DNA from: Octopus vulgaris
Lineage: Eukaryota
Direction of reading: 5' to 3'
Assembly (NCBI GenBank): GCA_951406725.2
Contig: OX597838.1
Coordinates: 26,660,001 to 26,724,000 of the forward strand
DNA: 64,000 bases
In this document: one piece after another, positions 13,280 through 25,794 of the stretch
Layout: each line of letters opens with the position of its first letter
Position numbering within the stretch: position 1 is the first letter of the stretch
The notes under the pieces: generated by a model
What the model was told of the DNA's origin: nothing
What the model saw: only the letters and a program-made list of their open reading frames with translations
Database searches by the model: none
Translations under genes and position numbers: made by a program

Positions 13280-13830
13280 GAAACATGGACACTGGCAAAG
13301 AAATGATCAAACGGGCTGAATGGATGCCAGAAAAAAGCCCTAAATATGAAACGACTCAACATATGATGAATGAATGAATGCCTTTATGGGGACCAGCTGA
13401 AAGTGAATGAGAAGATCAGGCAAAGACAGCTGTGTTTATCTGGTCACTGCGTGAACCACCCTGAACTGGAAGCATCGAATTAAGTCTTGTGGAACCCACT
13501 TCATGATGTAAGAAAAGGAGAACTTGATTGCAGACACTGACCAGGATCTTGAGGCAGTGGTGATGTACCCCGAGAAGTGTGGCAGGTAGATTTTGTTGCA
13601 GCAGCCCGATCAGGCAAAGATGGCTTTGAATATCTGGTCACTGTGTGTGCTACCCTACAACCGGAAGCACCCAAATTACTCCTGTGGAATCCACTTCATG
13701 GTGAGGTAAGGAGTGGAAAATATCACATGAAGACAACTCGATTGCAGAGACTGGCCTGTAATGTATCCAGGACCTCGAGGCAGAGATGATGGACATGGGT
13801 GGACTTTGTTGCCGCAGCCTGGGTTGGAAC
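13280..13830 (+). mobile_element. Two adjacent degenerate 3'-end fragments of an RTE/RTEX-type LINE
   Basis: Reads SGHCVNHPELEASN*VLWNPLH and GHCV...PEAPKLLLWNPLHG, like the RT C-terminal GHC.R...LW.P.HG motif. The two ~190-bp copies start at ~13437 and ~13631. Confidence 0.65.
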
Positions 13831-13929
13831 CGAACTATAATAATATGACTGGAACAAGTAAAAGATTATCATCATCGTTTAATGCCTGCCTTCTATGCTG
13901 GCCAGATAGAAGACTACCCCCAGGCTACT

Positions 13930-14403
13930 GTGTCTGTTTTGGCATGGTTTTTACAGTTGGATTCCCTTTCTAACACCAACCACCCCGTAGAGTGGACTGA
14001 ATGCTATTTACATGGTACCAGCACAGGTGTGGTCAGTTTTGGCATGGTTTTCACAGCTGGATGCCCTTCCAAATGCCAACCACTTCAGTGTGGACTGGAT
14101 GCTTTTTATGTGGCACCAGCACAGGTGTGGTCAGTTTTGGCATGGTTTTCACAGCTGGATGCCCTTCCAAATGCCAACCACTTCAGTGTGGACTGGATGC
14201 TTTTTATGTGGCACCAGCACAGGTGTGGTCAGTTTTGGCATGGTTTTCACAGCTGGATGCCCTTCCAAATGCCAACCACTTCAGTGTGGACTGGATGCCT
14301 TTTATGTGGCACCAGCTCAGGTGTGGTCAGTTTTGGCATGGTTTTTACAGCTGGATGCCCTTCCAAATGCCAACCACTTCAGTGTGGACTGGATGCTTTT
14401 TAC
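13930..14403. repeat. 98-bp tandem repeat (4 near-identical units plus 1 diverged) derived from a SINE/LINE-tail segment
   Basis: cacaggtgtggtcagttttggcatgg starts at 14022, 14120 and 14218, with a ctcagg variant at 14316. Confidence 0.95.
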
Positions 14404-14437
14404 ATAAAAGATAAAAGATAAAATAATATGTACTCAC

Positions 14438-14840
14438 TTGAGACTAGATGAAGATGCCGGTGACATAGTTCTCTTGGTTGGAGAGAACTGCAGCCTCTGG
14501 TAAGAGGATGGCGGAGCCATTTTAGAACTAGCTGAATACGGATGGTGCTTTGCAGGAGAGGTAGACAGGTTCCGTGACAAATTGCTGATATTTTCGGCGC
14601 TCGAGTGGAAATTACCAGTTTTTTTGTTGAGTCTTTCAGCTACTGGAGACTGAGAGCGAGGGGGTGTGGTTGAAACATAATTTCCTTGTTTGTTACCAGA
14701 ACCGCCACCGGTCATCAGGACTTTTTTAGGACTTCTCTGGCCAAGGTGTTCTGCTAAGATTTGACCACCAGGGGCACTAGCTCTCCGTTCAGTTTGTCGT
14801 TTGACCACGGGTGATTGTGAAGCAGGGTTTACTCGGTGAC
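14438..14840 (-). CDS. GAS2-like gene, internal exon (Ser/Pro/basic low-complexity region)
   Basis: Acceptor ttttctcctgtctctatag, 403 nt (2+399+2) reading (G)HRVNPASQSPVVKRQTERRAS...SSSSL(K), donor gtgagt. The phase-1 start fits the GAR exon end and the phase-2 end fits the next exon. Overlaps ORF 14434..14808. Confidence 0.9.
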
Positions 14841-15173
14841 CTATAGAGACAGGAGAAAAAAAAAAAGAGAAGACATTTGATAAATATATTTTGATTAAAT
14901 ATAAAGAATTGTGGTTCTATGATCAACAGATTTCTAGATTCTTTGGATATTTGTTTATGACAAAAAACTCTCTCACAGCCACCTTTCAGTTTACCTGTCT
15001 GTCCCTTCATTCCTTGATCAACCGATCACTCTCTCTCTCTTTCTGCATATCTCCCTATCTGTTTGTCTCTGCCTCTCTTCCTGTATTTCTCTAGCTGTTT
15101 CACTCCCTCTCTATCCCTGTCTCTCTGTATATTTCTCTCTACCTCTCTATCTCGCTGTCCATAACTCTGAGTA

Positions 15174-15227
<54 letters not shown>

Positions 15228-15232
15228 TTTTC

Positions 15233-15482
15233 TCTTTTTACTCGTTTCATTCATTTTGACTGCGGCCATGCTGGAGCACTGCTTTTAATCGAGCAACTCG
15301 ACCCCGGGACTTATTCTTTGTAAGCCCAGTACTTATTCTATCGGTCTCTTTTGCCGAACCACTAAGTGACGGGGACATAAACACACCAGCATCGGTTGTC
15401 AAGCAATGCTAGGGGGACAAGCACAGACACACAAACATACATGCACATACATACAAAATACCTGTACATCATCTCCAAACCT

Positions 15483-15529
<47 letters not shown>

Positions 15530-15680
15530 ACAGGCTTTCAGTTTCCCTCTATCAAATTCACTCACAAGGCTTTGGTCAGCCCGAGGCTATAGTGGAAGAC
15601 ACTTGCCTAAGGTGTCACGCCGTGGGACTGAACCCAGAACTATGTGGTTGGGAAGCAAGTTACTTACCACACAGCCACAT
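15233..15680 (-). mobile_element. SINE family A
   Basis: Family A consensus on the reverse strand with internal (TA)n. Confidence 0.9.
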
Positions 15681-16349
15681 ATATCAGTAGTTCTGATTCT
15701 GTCTCCACAGCAACCCTTCTTCCAGTGAGCCGATCAATCTGTCTATCTATTTGTCTCCCTAACAATGTAGTCCATATAATCTTGTATGTTTGTGATGTTG
15801 GTATCACGGTAGTCAGTAGTGTTGGTGATGGTGTGCTGGTGGTTGTACTGATGGTGTGGGGGCTACTATTGATAGCATTGTAGTCAATCTTGTTAGTGGT
15901 TAATATAACAGGTGTGTGGGGGGGGAGAAATAGTGATAGAAACAGTAAATGTAATAATGACGACGATAACGAAGATGGTGGATTGATTTTATCTGCTTCA
16001 CTGTCACCACCACCGCCGAGACCACGATGACCCCACTGCCACGACAACGACGAACACCACCACCACCACCATCACCGAAATTGCCCCCCTTCTCCTCACC
16101 ACCGCACCCACCGTACAACCACTACTATTAATTATACAATCAATCCTCTTCCAACCTCCACTCCTGCCATGGCCACTCCACCACCAAACTACTTATTACA
16201 GACATTACACCACAGACAAAATCGGTTAATATTAGAGATTTCAGTGAATTAAACTGACATCAAAAGTGTGTGTGTGTATTTACATACATAGTAATGGAGG
16301 AAAAGTAGGAGATCAAATGCATGAAGATTATACCACCACCATACACACT

Positions 16350-16570
16350 CACACACATGCATAAATATATACCCATACACACATACACTCATATATATAT
16401 ATACACACACACATATATACTCATACACACACGCATACATGTGTGTGTATATATACATATACATATATATACACATATACATATACATATACACATATAT
16501 ATACATATACACATATACATACATATACACATATACATACATATACACACATACATACATATACACACAC

Positions 16571-16611
<41 letters not shown>

Positions 16612-17310
16612 TTGAAAGAGAAGAAAGAAGTCTGACAATGTTGTAATCCTCTTATGTATTATGATAAGAGCACTGTTCGCATTTTGTAAAGGGGGGGGAG
16701 AATCAGACAATTGGTTATTGATTAGAGAGAGGGGAAGGGGGTGAGGGAGGAAGTGGGTGGGTGATTTCAACGGAAAAGTAATGGAGATGATGATGATGAT
16801 AGTGATAATGGTGATGATAGTAAGGATAGAAATTTTTACAACGATGATGATGATGATAGTAAGAATGTTGAATTGATGATATTGAGGTGGATTGTGATAA
16901 ATAAGGATGATGATGATGGTGAAGAGGATGATGATAGGTTTATGGTGTGTGTGTGTGAATGGGAGAGAGAGAGAGAAATGTATTTGCGTTTGTATCTACT
17001 GGAAATGCGTATGTAATTAACTATGTGAGAGGACGTGGTTTACTTTGTGTGCGTGTATGCGTGTGCACATTTGTGTGTATGTGTTCAGGTGCAGGTTTAT
17101 GTGTGTATGAATGTGTATGTGGATGTGTGTGTATTTGTGAATGTGTGTGTGTGTGTGTGTATATGTGTGTGTTTGAGTGTATGTGTAGTCTTGTGGGTGT
17201 GTGTGCATGTTTGTGAATATGTATGCCTGTGCACATGCAGATGTGATCATGTATATGTGTGTGTGTGTATGTGCGTGTGTGTGTGTATGTGCGTGTGTGT
17301 GTATGTATTG
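16350..17310. repeat. Compound microsatellite / low-complexity tract: (TA)n, (CA)n, (GA)n, (GAT)n, (TG)n
   Basis: Seen directly; accounts for the overlapping YI/HT/CV-rich ORFs. Confidence 0.9.
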
Positions 17311-17609
17311 TGACTTCTGTCTTTGACTGCAAATATGTCTGATGTTAACATTCCTTGGGAATGCTGCAACCAAAGTCAGTCAGTTTCTCAATTCAAAGAA
17401 CCCTGATTACGTGGCCATCAACAAAGAGGGTTGCCAACCGACAATTTGTTCCAATGATGGTACATGATTCAAGGGGATCATTAAATTCAAGTACCTCGAA
17501 CCCTATGTTGCTGACATTAAGAAAGGCTTCCTGACAAACAAGGAACAAGCATGGAGTACCTGTAATAGGCCTTGAAGCATCTGACTATCAAGTATTTTAA
17601 ACCTTTAAA

Positions 17610-18235
17610 GGGTAAAGACCCCTTTTGGTCATGAATGACCATAGGATTGTACCAAGAAAGTTCTCCTCCGAGGCACAAATCTGGGCAAGGTTGTTTATGG
17701 AAGACCAGCAGTCGCCCATGCATACCAGCCTCCCTTCTCCATGTCATTGATGTTATCCAAGGGAAAGGCAAAGGGGCCAACACAGCTTGGGCACCAGTGA
17801 TGTTGCAACTCATTTCTACATCTGAGTAAACTGGAGCAACGTGAAATAAAGGGTCTTGCTCAAGAACACAACACACTGCCCGGTCTGGGAATCGAACTCA
17901 CTATCTCATGATTGTGTACTTTGTCAAATGCTCTGAGACTCCATTGGTTATGATGATGAGTGTTCCAGTTGAGCCAATCAACGGAACAGCCTGCTTGTAA
18001 AATTAACATGCAAGTGGCTGAGTGCTCCACAGACACACATACTCTTAATGTGGTTCTCAGGGAGATTCAGCATGACACAGAATGTGACGAAGTTTGACTC
18101 TTTTGAATCACTGATGCAACTCGCTTTTGCCAGCTGAGTGGACTGGGGCAACGTGAAATAAAGTATCCTGCTCAAGGACACAATATGACACCAGAATTCG
18201 AACTCACAACCCCATGATTGTGAGCTGAATACACT
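17610..18235 (-). mobile_element. Two adjacent tRNA-derived SINEs of other families sharing a central domain
   Basis: Both carry gagtraactggagcaacgtgaaataaag..tcttgctcaag.acacaa followed by a reverse B box (ggaatcgaactc / gaattcgaactc). The second shares aacagcctgct.gtgaaattaac with ~23390 and ~56043. Confidence 0.7.
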
Positions 18236-18439
18236 AATCTTGATGTAATAGGCCTTCTGTCAAATGTAATTCTTATTTATTTACATTGTTATGAACCAAT
18301 TGTGCATTATCTCATAGCTTTGAGATTTCAATGATATAATTACTAATTTTTAGAATGACATTGTGGGGTAGGTGTAAGAGGCCAGATCTGAGCAATTTGA
18401 TCATAAGACAGAAAGAATATTTGGGCTGGATGTGGCAAA

Positions 18440-19385
18440 AGGATTAAAGACAAGTTGGTCTTCAGGACAGGTGAAATAGAGAACATTCTTATGGGGGAAA
18501 AACCTAGACTACGCAGAAGAAGCTTCAACATTATAGGCGTAGGAGTGGCTGTGTGGTAAGTAGCTTGCTTATGAACCACGTGGTTCTGGGTTCAGTCCCA
18601 CTGCGTGGCATCTTGGGCAAGTGTCCTCTAGTATAGCCTCAGGCCGACCAAAGCCTTGTGAGTGGTAGACGGAAACTGAAAGAAGCCCATCGTATATATG
18701 TATATACATATATATGTATGTGTGTATATCTATGTTTGCATGTCTGTGTTTCTCACCCCAACATTGCTTGACAACAGATGCTGGTGTGTTTACGTCCCTG
18801 TAACTTAGTGGTTCAGCAAAAGAGACCGATAGAATTAAGTATTAGGCTTACAAAGAATAATTCCTGGGGTCGATTTGCTCGATTATAGGCGAGCTGGCAG
18901 AAACATTAGCACGCCGGGCGAAATGTTTAGCAGTATTTCGTCTGCCGTTACGTTCTGAGTTTAAATTCCGCCGAGGTCGACTTTGCCTTTCATCCTTTCG
19001 GGGTCAATTAAATAAGTACTAGTAAATCACTGGGGTCGATATAATCGACTTAATCCGTTTGTCTGTCCTTGTTTGTCCTCTCTGTGTTTAGCCCCTTGTG
19101 GGCAATAAAGAAATATATAGGCAGTGTTCCAGCATGGCCGCAGTCAAATGACTGAGAGTATTATATGAAGAACCTGATGTTATATGTCAGGCTTCTCAGG
19201 AGGACTCAAAACATGTCATGGTGGTGAGTATAAGATTAAAGAGAAGATTTATAGATACATTCCTCCCCGCATCTCTACTATTCTTGCTCAATGCAGTGTA
19301 CGCTTTGCTGGCCACCACTATTGAGCTGAACCCCAGGTGGTATCCTGGAGACATCTCCAACCAGATGGACTGATGACAGAAGTTG
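18440..19385 (+). mobile_element. RTE/RTEX-type LINE RT fragment interrupted by SINE A (18536-19160), itself interrupted by SINE B (18887-19115)
   Basis: The left part reads IENIL(Y)GGKT*TTQKKLQ and the right part YVRLLRRTQNMSW...RFAGHH. These are collinear with VESVLLYGAETWTLTK...YTRMLRMVLNVSW...AGHC in the copy at 46.3-46.9 kb. Confidence 0.7.
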
Positions 19386-20081
19386 TTTTCAATCATCACC
19401 ATATACATGCATACATACATGTGTGTGTGTGTGTATGTTCAAAAGGCATCACGATCAGAACATGACAACCTTTGACCTCTACAGGCTTTTTTGAACTCAG
19501 AAAGGGCTCAAACAAATACCACAAATATTTCTTTAATCCCACGTTCTCACGATCCTGCTAACCTGCCGCGCAAACAATTCATGTGTGTGTGTGTGTGTGT
19601 GTGTGCACATACATAGACACAACAGAACAAAGGAGGAAATTTATTAATATTCAAAACTTGTGGGGACATGTCCAAATTGAAAACAAAGGGGACTCCCCTC
19701 TCCTTTCACACCACTGTTAAGAAAGACACGGAATATTTAAGGTATTCACGGAGAGTTTTAAGGACAAACTGTGAAGAAATAAGTGCTGTGAGGGCAGTGG
19801 AAGGGGTGGGTGGCCCAACAGTACTTGGTGGCACCAACAATCTCTTTGTTATTGTTTTTAGCTGTAGATCTGCCCAGACAAAGCAAGTTTGGTACAATTA
19901 ATGAGGGTTAGCATTGGTGATATTGGTGGTCGTAGTGGTGGTGGTCATGGAAAGAGGTACAGTTAGTGGTGATACAGTTACTGTTGGTGGTGATGCTAAT
20001 AGTGGCTGCAGCAGTGATAGCCATTTAGCCCCGAGCAGGTCAGCGCTAAGATCCAGTAAACACGATCATCATATGATGATC

Positions 20082-20706
20082 TTTTACTCGTTTCAGTCAT
20101 TGGACTATGGCCATGCTGGAGCACCACCTTAAAGGGTTTCAGTCAAATGAATAGACCATAGTACTTATTTTCTAAAGTTTGGTGCTTATTCTGTGGGTCT
20201 CTTTTGCCAAACTGCCAAGTTATAAGGATGTGAACACACCAACACTGGGTGTCAAGTGGTGGTGGAAGACAAACACAGGCACAAAGATACAAAACACACA
20301 CACACACGCACGACAGGCTTCCTTCAGTTTCCATCTACCAAATTCTCTCACAAGGCTTTGGTTGGCCCAAGGCTATAGTAAAAGACGCTTGGTTAAGGTG
20401 CCATGCAGTGGGACTGAACTTGGAACCATGTGGTTGGGAAGTGACCTTCTTGCCACACAGCCATGCCGGTGCCTGATATATTTATATACTCTTTTACTTG
20501 TTTCAGTCATTTGACTGTGGCCATGCTGGAGTACCACCTTTAGTCGAGCAAATCGACCCCAGGACCTATTCTTTGTAAGCCTAGTACTTATTCCATCAGT
20601 CTCTTTTGCCGAACTGCTAAGTTACGGGGATGTAAAAACACACCAGCATCTGTTGTCACGTGATGTTGGGGGAACAAACAGACACACAAACATATATACT
20701 CATACA

Positions 20707-20779
<73 letters not shown>

Positions 20780-20973
20780 ATACATATATATATATATACA
20801 CACACACATACATACATACGATGGGCTTCTTTCAGTTTCTGTCTACCAAATCCACTAACACAAGGCCTTGATTGACCCTGAGGCTATAATAGAAGACACT
20901 TGCCCAAGGTGCCACGGAGTGGGACTGAACCTGGAACTATGTGGTTGGGAAGCATGCTTCTTACCACACAGCC
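20082..20973 (-). mobile_element. Two tandem SINE family A copies (20082-20472, 20487-20973)
   Basis: Family A consensus twice, head to tail. Confidence 0.88.
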
Positions 20974-22570
20974 AACAGTGGTTAATTTAAACGGGACCTT
21001 CTTAGACAATTGTTAACTTGATTAGTTCCCTATTTCTCTGGTAGTCAGTTACACCAATTCCAGTAGCTGACTGGAACTTTATTTTGTTCGACTCAGAAGG
21101 ATGAAGGACGACGACTGAGCTGAATGGGATTTGAACTCTGAATGTTTGGTTTAGCGTGGTGGTGGTGGTGGTGAATAAATGAACAAATGATGATGGTGAT
21201 GAGTATGAAGATGGTAATGATGATGAAAACAAGAATGATGATGATGATGGCAATGATGATGATGGTAATGATGAGGATGATGATGATGTAGATGCATTAA
21301 TGTGTATATTTCTGAAAATAAATGCAAACAGGTTTGTTTTGTCTTAAGCTATTTCTAGTCATTAGTTGTTCTGAAGGGACAGTGGGAGTGAGGGTGGTGG
21401 TGGTGGGGTGTTGTTAGTGAGTTGTGGTGGTGGTGGTGATGATGCTGGTGCTAGTGGACATGGTAGCAGCAATGATTGTAATGGTTATGATGATGATGAT
21501 GATGATATGATGATGGTGGTGGTGGTGACAGTAGTGGTGGTGATTAGTGATGTTGATGATAATGATTATGATGATGATGATGGTGGTGGTGATAAAGATG
21601 TTTTGCCCTGTAATGAAGAGCAAAGATGTTAGAAGGTTAGAAGTGGATATAGTAGTAAAGTGGTACTCCTGATGATGATGATGCTGTTGTTGTTGCTGCT
21701 GCTGCTGCAGTGGACAGTTATAAAAAGAACAACAGGAATGACAGATAAACAAACACACAAATACACAAATACCCAAGGACCAAAATAATACGATTGATGG
21801 GTTTAGAGTTGGTTGCTGTTGGAAACACCTTTCCGTAAGGAGAAGTAGATCTATGTCTGTTTTTAGAATAAACTTTGCTTGGTTCAATCACAATGAGTTG
21901 CTAATTAGGGAGTGTTATGATTAATTAACTAAACTGGCTAAAGAGAAATTGCTATACACACACACATACATGCCCTTGTTATATATACTCTCCACTATGG
22001 CCCAGCAACCTGGTATGGTGACAGCAAGGTCCTTGGGTTGTAGGTTTTTTTTTTTACCTCGAAGTATTCTTATCTCAGGCAGGTTGCTGTACCGAGCATA
22101 CATGACCTTCCCTCCCCACCAGACATTCCAAGCTAATTAACCCATGCATAAATACACACACACACACACACAAAATGATAGTCTGACTTTGGTGATTTCT
22201 GGAATTTATGATGATTTTCCCAAAATTTATCAACAAACAAAAAACAAATGTTAACAAAAAATACAAGTGATGCATGCACATACACATTAGACAGTATACA
22301 TAAACATACACATATATTACATATATATATACACACATATGTACTATATATTATATATTACATATATAAATACACAATGAGAACAATGTCATGATTTTGT
22401 GAATTAGTAGGTATTAGGAAAAACCTCGAAAGTGATGCACATACACACACACACATGAATATGCATGCACACTCACACAAATATACACATGGATGTCTGT
22501 TCATACATACACATGTACATACATGCAGTGGTGGACTGGGTCTAAAAATATTGGTTGCCAAGAGACTAAA

Positions 22571-23032
22571 GGGGCCCACCCGCAACTACAAGGGGGGGGG
22601 CAACTTCACCTACAAGGGGACCCACCAGCAACTACAAGGGGGCCCACCTGCACCTACAAGGGGTCTACCTGCAACTACAAGGGGGCCCACCTGCACCTAC
22701 AAGGGGGCCCACCCGCAACTACAAGGGGGGGGGCCACCCGCAACTACAAGGAGGCCCACCCGCACCTACAAGGGGTCCCACCCGCACCTACAAGGGGTCC
22801 CACCCGCACCTACAAGGGGGCCCACCTGCACCTACAAGGGGGCCCACCCGCAATTACAAGGGGGTCCACCCGCAACTAAAAGGGGGTCCACCTGCACCTA
22901 CAAGGGGTCTACCCGCAACTACAAGGGGGCCCACCTGCAACTACAAGGGGGCACACCTGCACCTACAAGGGGTCCACCTGCAACTACAAGGGGGCCCAAC
23001 CTCACCTACAAGGGGGCCCACCCGCAACTACA
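22571..23032. repeat. GC-rich minisatellite, ~22-bp unit ggggcccacc(c/t)gca(a/c)ctacaag, about 21 copies
   Basis: Seen directly; explains ORFs 22455..23141 and 22493..22879. Confidence 0.95.
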
Positions 23033-23703
23033 ATGCTATCATTTAATTTTCTTTTTTTTTTTTTTGTTGCTAAAAGTATTCTTTTCAACTCTCTACAAAC
23101 ACAGCCAGGCTGAAATAATTAAAGCATTCTTCCAGGAGTGAATAAAAAAATTCTCAAACTCGAGGGGACGGGCTCCTTAGATACTAACATGGGCCCCCAA
23201 ACATGGGTTCTAATGCACAGGGGCCCACTTGCCATCGGACAACCTGGCAACTTGGCTAGTGTGCCACTGCATACACAGACATGTGTATACACAAATGCAT
23301 GTCTATTCATACACACATGCATAATGGCACATATAAATTGGCACCCTGTCAGTTACAATGACAAGGGCTCCAGTTGAATTGATACACAGAACAGCCTGCT
23401 CGTGAAATTAACATGCAAGTGGCTGAGTACTCCACAGACACATACCCTTAATGTAGTTTCCAGGGAGGTTCAGCATGACACAGAATATTTTGTTGTTGTT
23501 GTTAAGCAGCAAGACGGGTAAGGGTGATTAGGTGATGGTCTAGGGCTTCAGGGTGGGAGACCCCAGACCTTGGAAAAAAAACAAACTTTGGTCGTCTTGT
23601 AGTCAAGGGCTCTTTGTTGATGCCCGACATCACTGGGAGGTGGCCCTTGATGTCGCTGGAAATGGAGATCTCCAGGTCCAAATTCTTGGATGGCTGACAC
23701 AGA

Positions 23704-24090
23704 ATATGACAAGGCCGGCCCTTTGTATTACGGGTACTACTCTGTTTTGCCGGACGAGTGGACTAGAGCAATATGAAGTAAAGCGTCTTGCTGAAGGACT
23801 CAACACTCAAGGACACATATACATACACACAAATACACATCGGCATATGACAAGGCCGGTCCTTTGTATTACGGGTACTGTGGACTGGAGCAATATGAAG
23901 TAAAGAGTCTTGCTGAAGGACTCAACACTCAAGGACACATATACATACACACAAATACACATCGGCATATGACAAGGCCGGTCCTTTGTATTACGGGTAC
24001 TGTGGACTGGAGCAATATGAAGTAAAGAGTCTTGCTGAAGGACTCAACACTCAAGGACACATATACATACACACAAATACACATCGGCAT
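23704..24090. repeat. Tandem triplication of a SINE-derived segment (122-bp period)
   Basis: gacaaggccgg starts at 23708, 23849 and 23971. Units 2 and 3 are essentially identical; unit 1 has 19 extra bp. Confidence 0.9.
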
Positions 24091-24441
24091 GCAGATTAAG
24101 TCTGACAGCAACAAATAATAAAAAACAAAAACAAACAACACACACACACACACACGCACAAAGAAATAAACCGAACAACATGCAAACAAGGTTCTAACCC
24201 TGATGATGGACTGTGGTACGATTATTGATGACTTTCATCTGAGGTGTGGCTATAATGAATGAAATAATAAATAGAAAAAAAAAAAAAATTTAAGATGAAA
24301 TAAATGAAAAACAAAAAGACAAAAATATAAAACGAAACAAAATAATATAATATGAAGTGAAATAATGAAGTTCAGAAAAAAAAAAAAAATACAATATTGT
24401 GTTGAAACAATTGTTGTGATTGATAATAAAAATTCTTGTAT

Positions 24442-24843
24442 AGGCGTCGGAGTGGCTGTGTGGTAAGTAGCTTGCTTACAAACTACATGGTTCCGGGTTC
24501 AGTCCCACTGCGTGGCACCTTGGTCGAGTCTCTTCTACTATAGCCTTGGGCCGACCAAAGCCTTGTGAGTAGATTTGGTAGACGGAAACTGAAAGAAGCC
24601 CATCATATGTGTGTGTATATATATATATATCTATATTTATGTTTGTGTGTCTGTGTTTGTCCCTCCAACATTGCTTGACAACTGATGCTGGTGTATTATG
24701 ATCCCGTAACTTAGCGGTTTGGCAAAAGAGACCGATAAAATAAGTTCTAGGCTTACAAAGAATAAGTCCTGGGGTTGATGTGCTCGACTAAAGGCGGTGC
24801 TCCAGCATGGCCACAGTCAAATGACTGAAACAAGTAAAAGAGT
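24442..24843 (+). mobile_element. SINE family A, full length
   Basis: ggcgtcggagtggctgtgtggtaagtagc...gactgaaacaagtaaaagag. Confidence 0.92.
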
Positions 24844-25368
24844 ATTCCATCTTCCGCCTTTCATTTACCATATATATATATACATATATACACATATACA
24901 CAACATTAAAACTCATGAGAGATAATAATGTTAGTGGTTGCAAGCTAAAAACAGTATAGGAAAAATTAATAGTTATATAGAAGAGTTATATATAACAAGG
25001 GCACTGAGAAGCACCAGCTTTGCTAGAAATAAGAGTCAAGATACTACAAAGTCACAAGACTTAACACTACATTTTCCAACCATACCTGTGATGTTAAGTC
25101 TCATCACTGAGGATGGAGGAGGCTGTGACAAGGGTCCTGGACACCTTCACTTTGGTGGTGGTGGGGGGGTCTTCCATGGAGCCTTGATGAAGCAGTTGGA
25201 GTGTTGCAGTAAATGCAGTGAAGTCAGAGGATCCTATTTTGAAGGAGATTAGAATTTTATACTTTGAAAATAAGAACTATTTCTCCTGAAAATGTCTGAA
25301 GCTTCTGGAATGCACCTTGCATTTCCATATATAGGTGTAAACACATACTCTGTGTGTGTGTGTGTGTG

Positions 25369-25794
25369 TATAAATGAATAACAAAGATGTACAGGTGTCA
25401 ATTCATTACAACCGTTTCAAGTAACTTCTTTAATTGGTTAATGAAAACATTACATCACTTGGAAGAAAAGGCTCTTGTCAGATGACCACATAAACTTCAA
25501 ATGTAAAGGATATAACTATTTCCTTGACGTGTTCACATGAAAAATGGAACAGAAAATATTCTTTTGTCGCAGATACAACAAAAGAAACTATGTAAATATT
25601 TTGAGTTCCATTATTGATGTGAATATGTTTTAAGAGAAAAAAATGGTTATATCCTTTATGTTTGAAGTCTAAGCGATCATCTGATGAGAACCTTTTCTTT
25701 CAAATGATTTAATGTTTTACATTAATCAATTAAAGGAGTCACTTGAAATGGCCATAATGAATTGACACCTTTATGTCTTCGTTACCAATTTATA
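25369..25794. repeat. ~425-bp imperfect fold-back (~190-bp arms); probable inverted Penelope-like terminal repeats with hammerhead-like motifs
   Basis: caggtgtcaattcatta...aaaggatataactattt...gttcacat pairs with atgtgaat...aaatggttatatccttt...taatgaattgacacct. Each arm holds tcat-CTGAYRA...GAAA-yggyyr-TA-atga. Confidence 0.8.

Noticed and set aside
13882-14421. Three overlapping repetitive ORFs / CRISPR-like periodicity
   Set aside because: Identical 98-bp units with no unique spacers and no cas genes; eukaryotic SINE-derived tandem repeat.
22455-23141. 228-aa Pro/Gly/Thr-rich ORF
   Set aside because: Produced by a stop-free 22-bp minisatellite cycling through frames; no splice or homology support.
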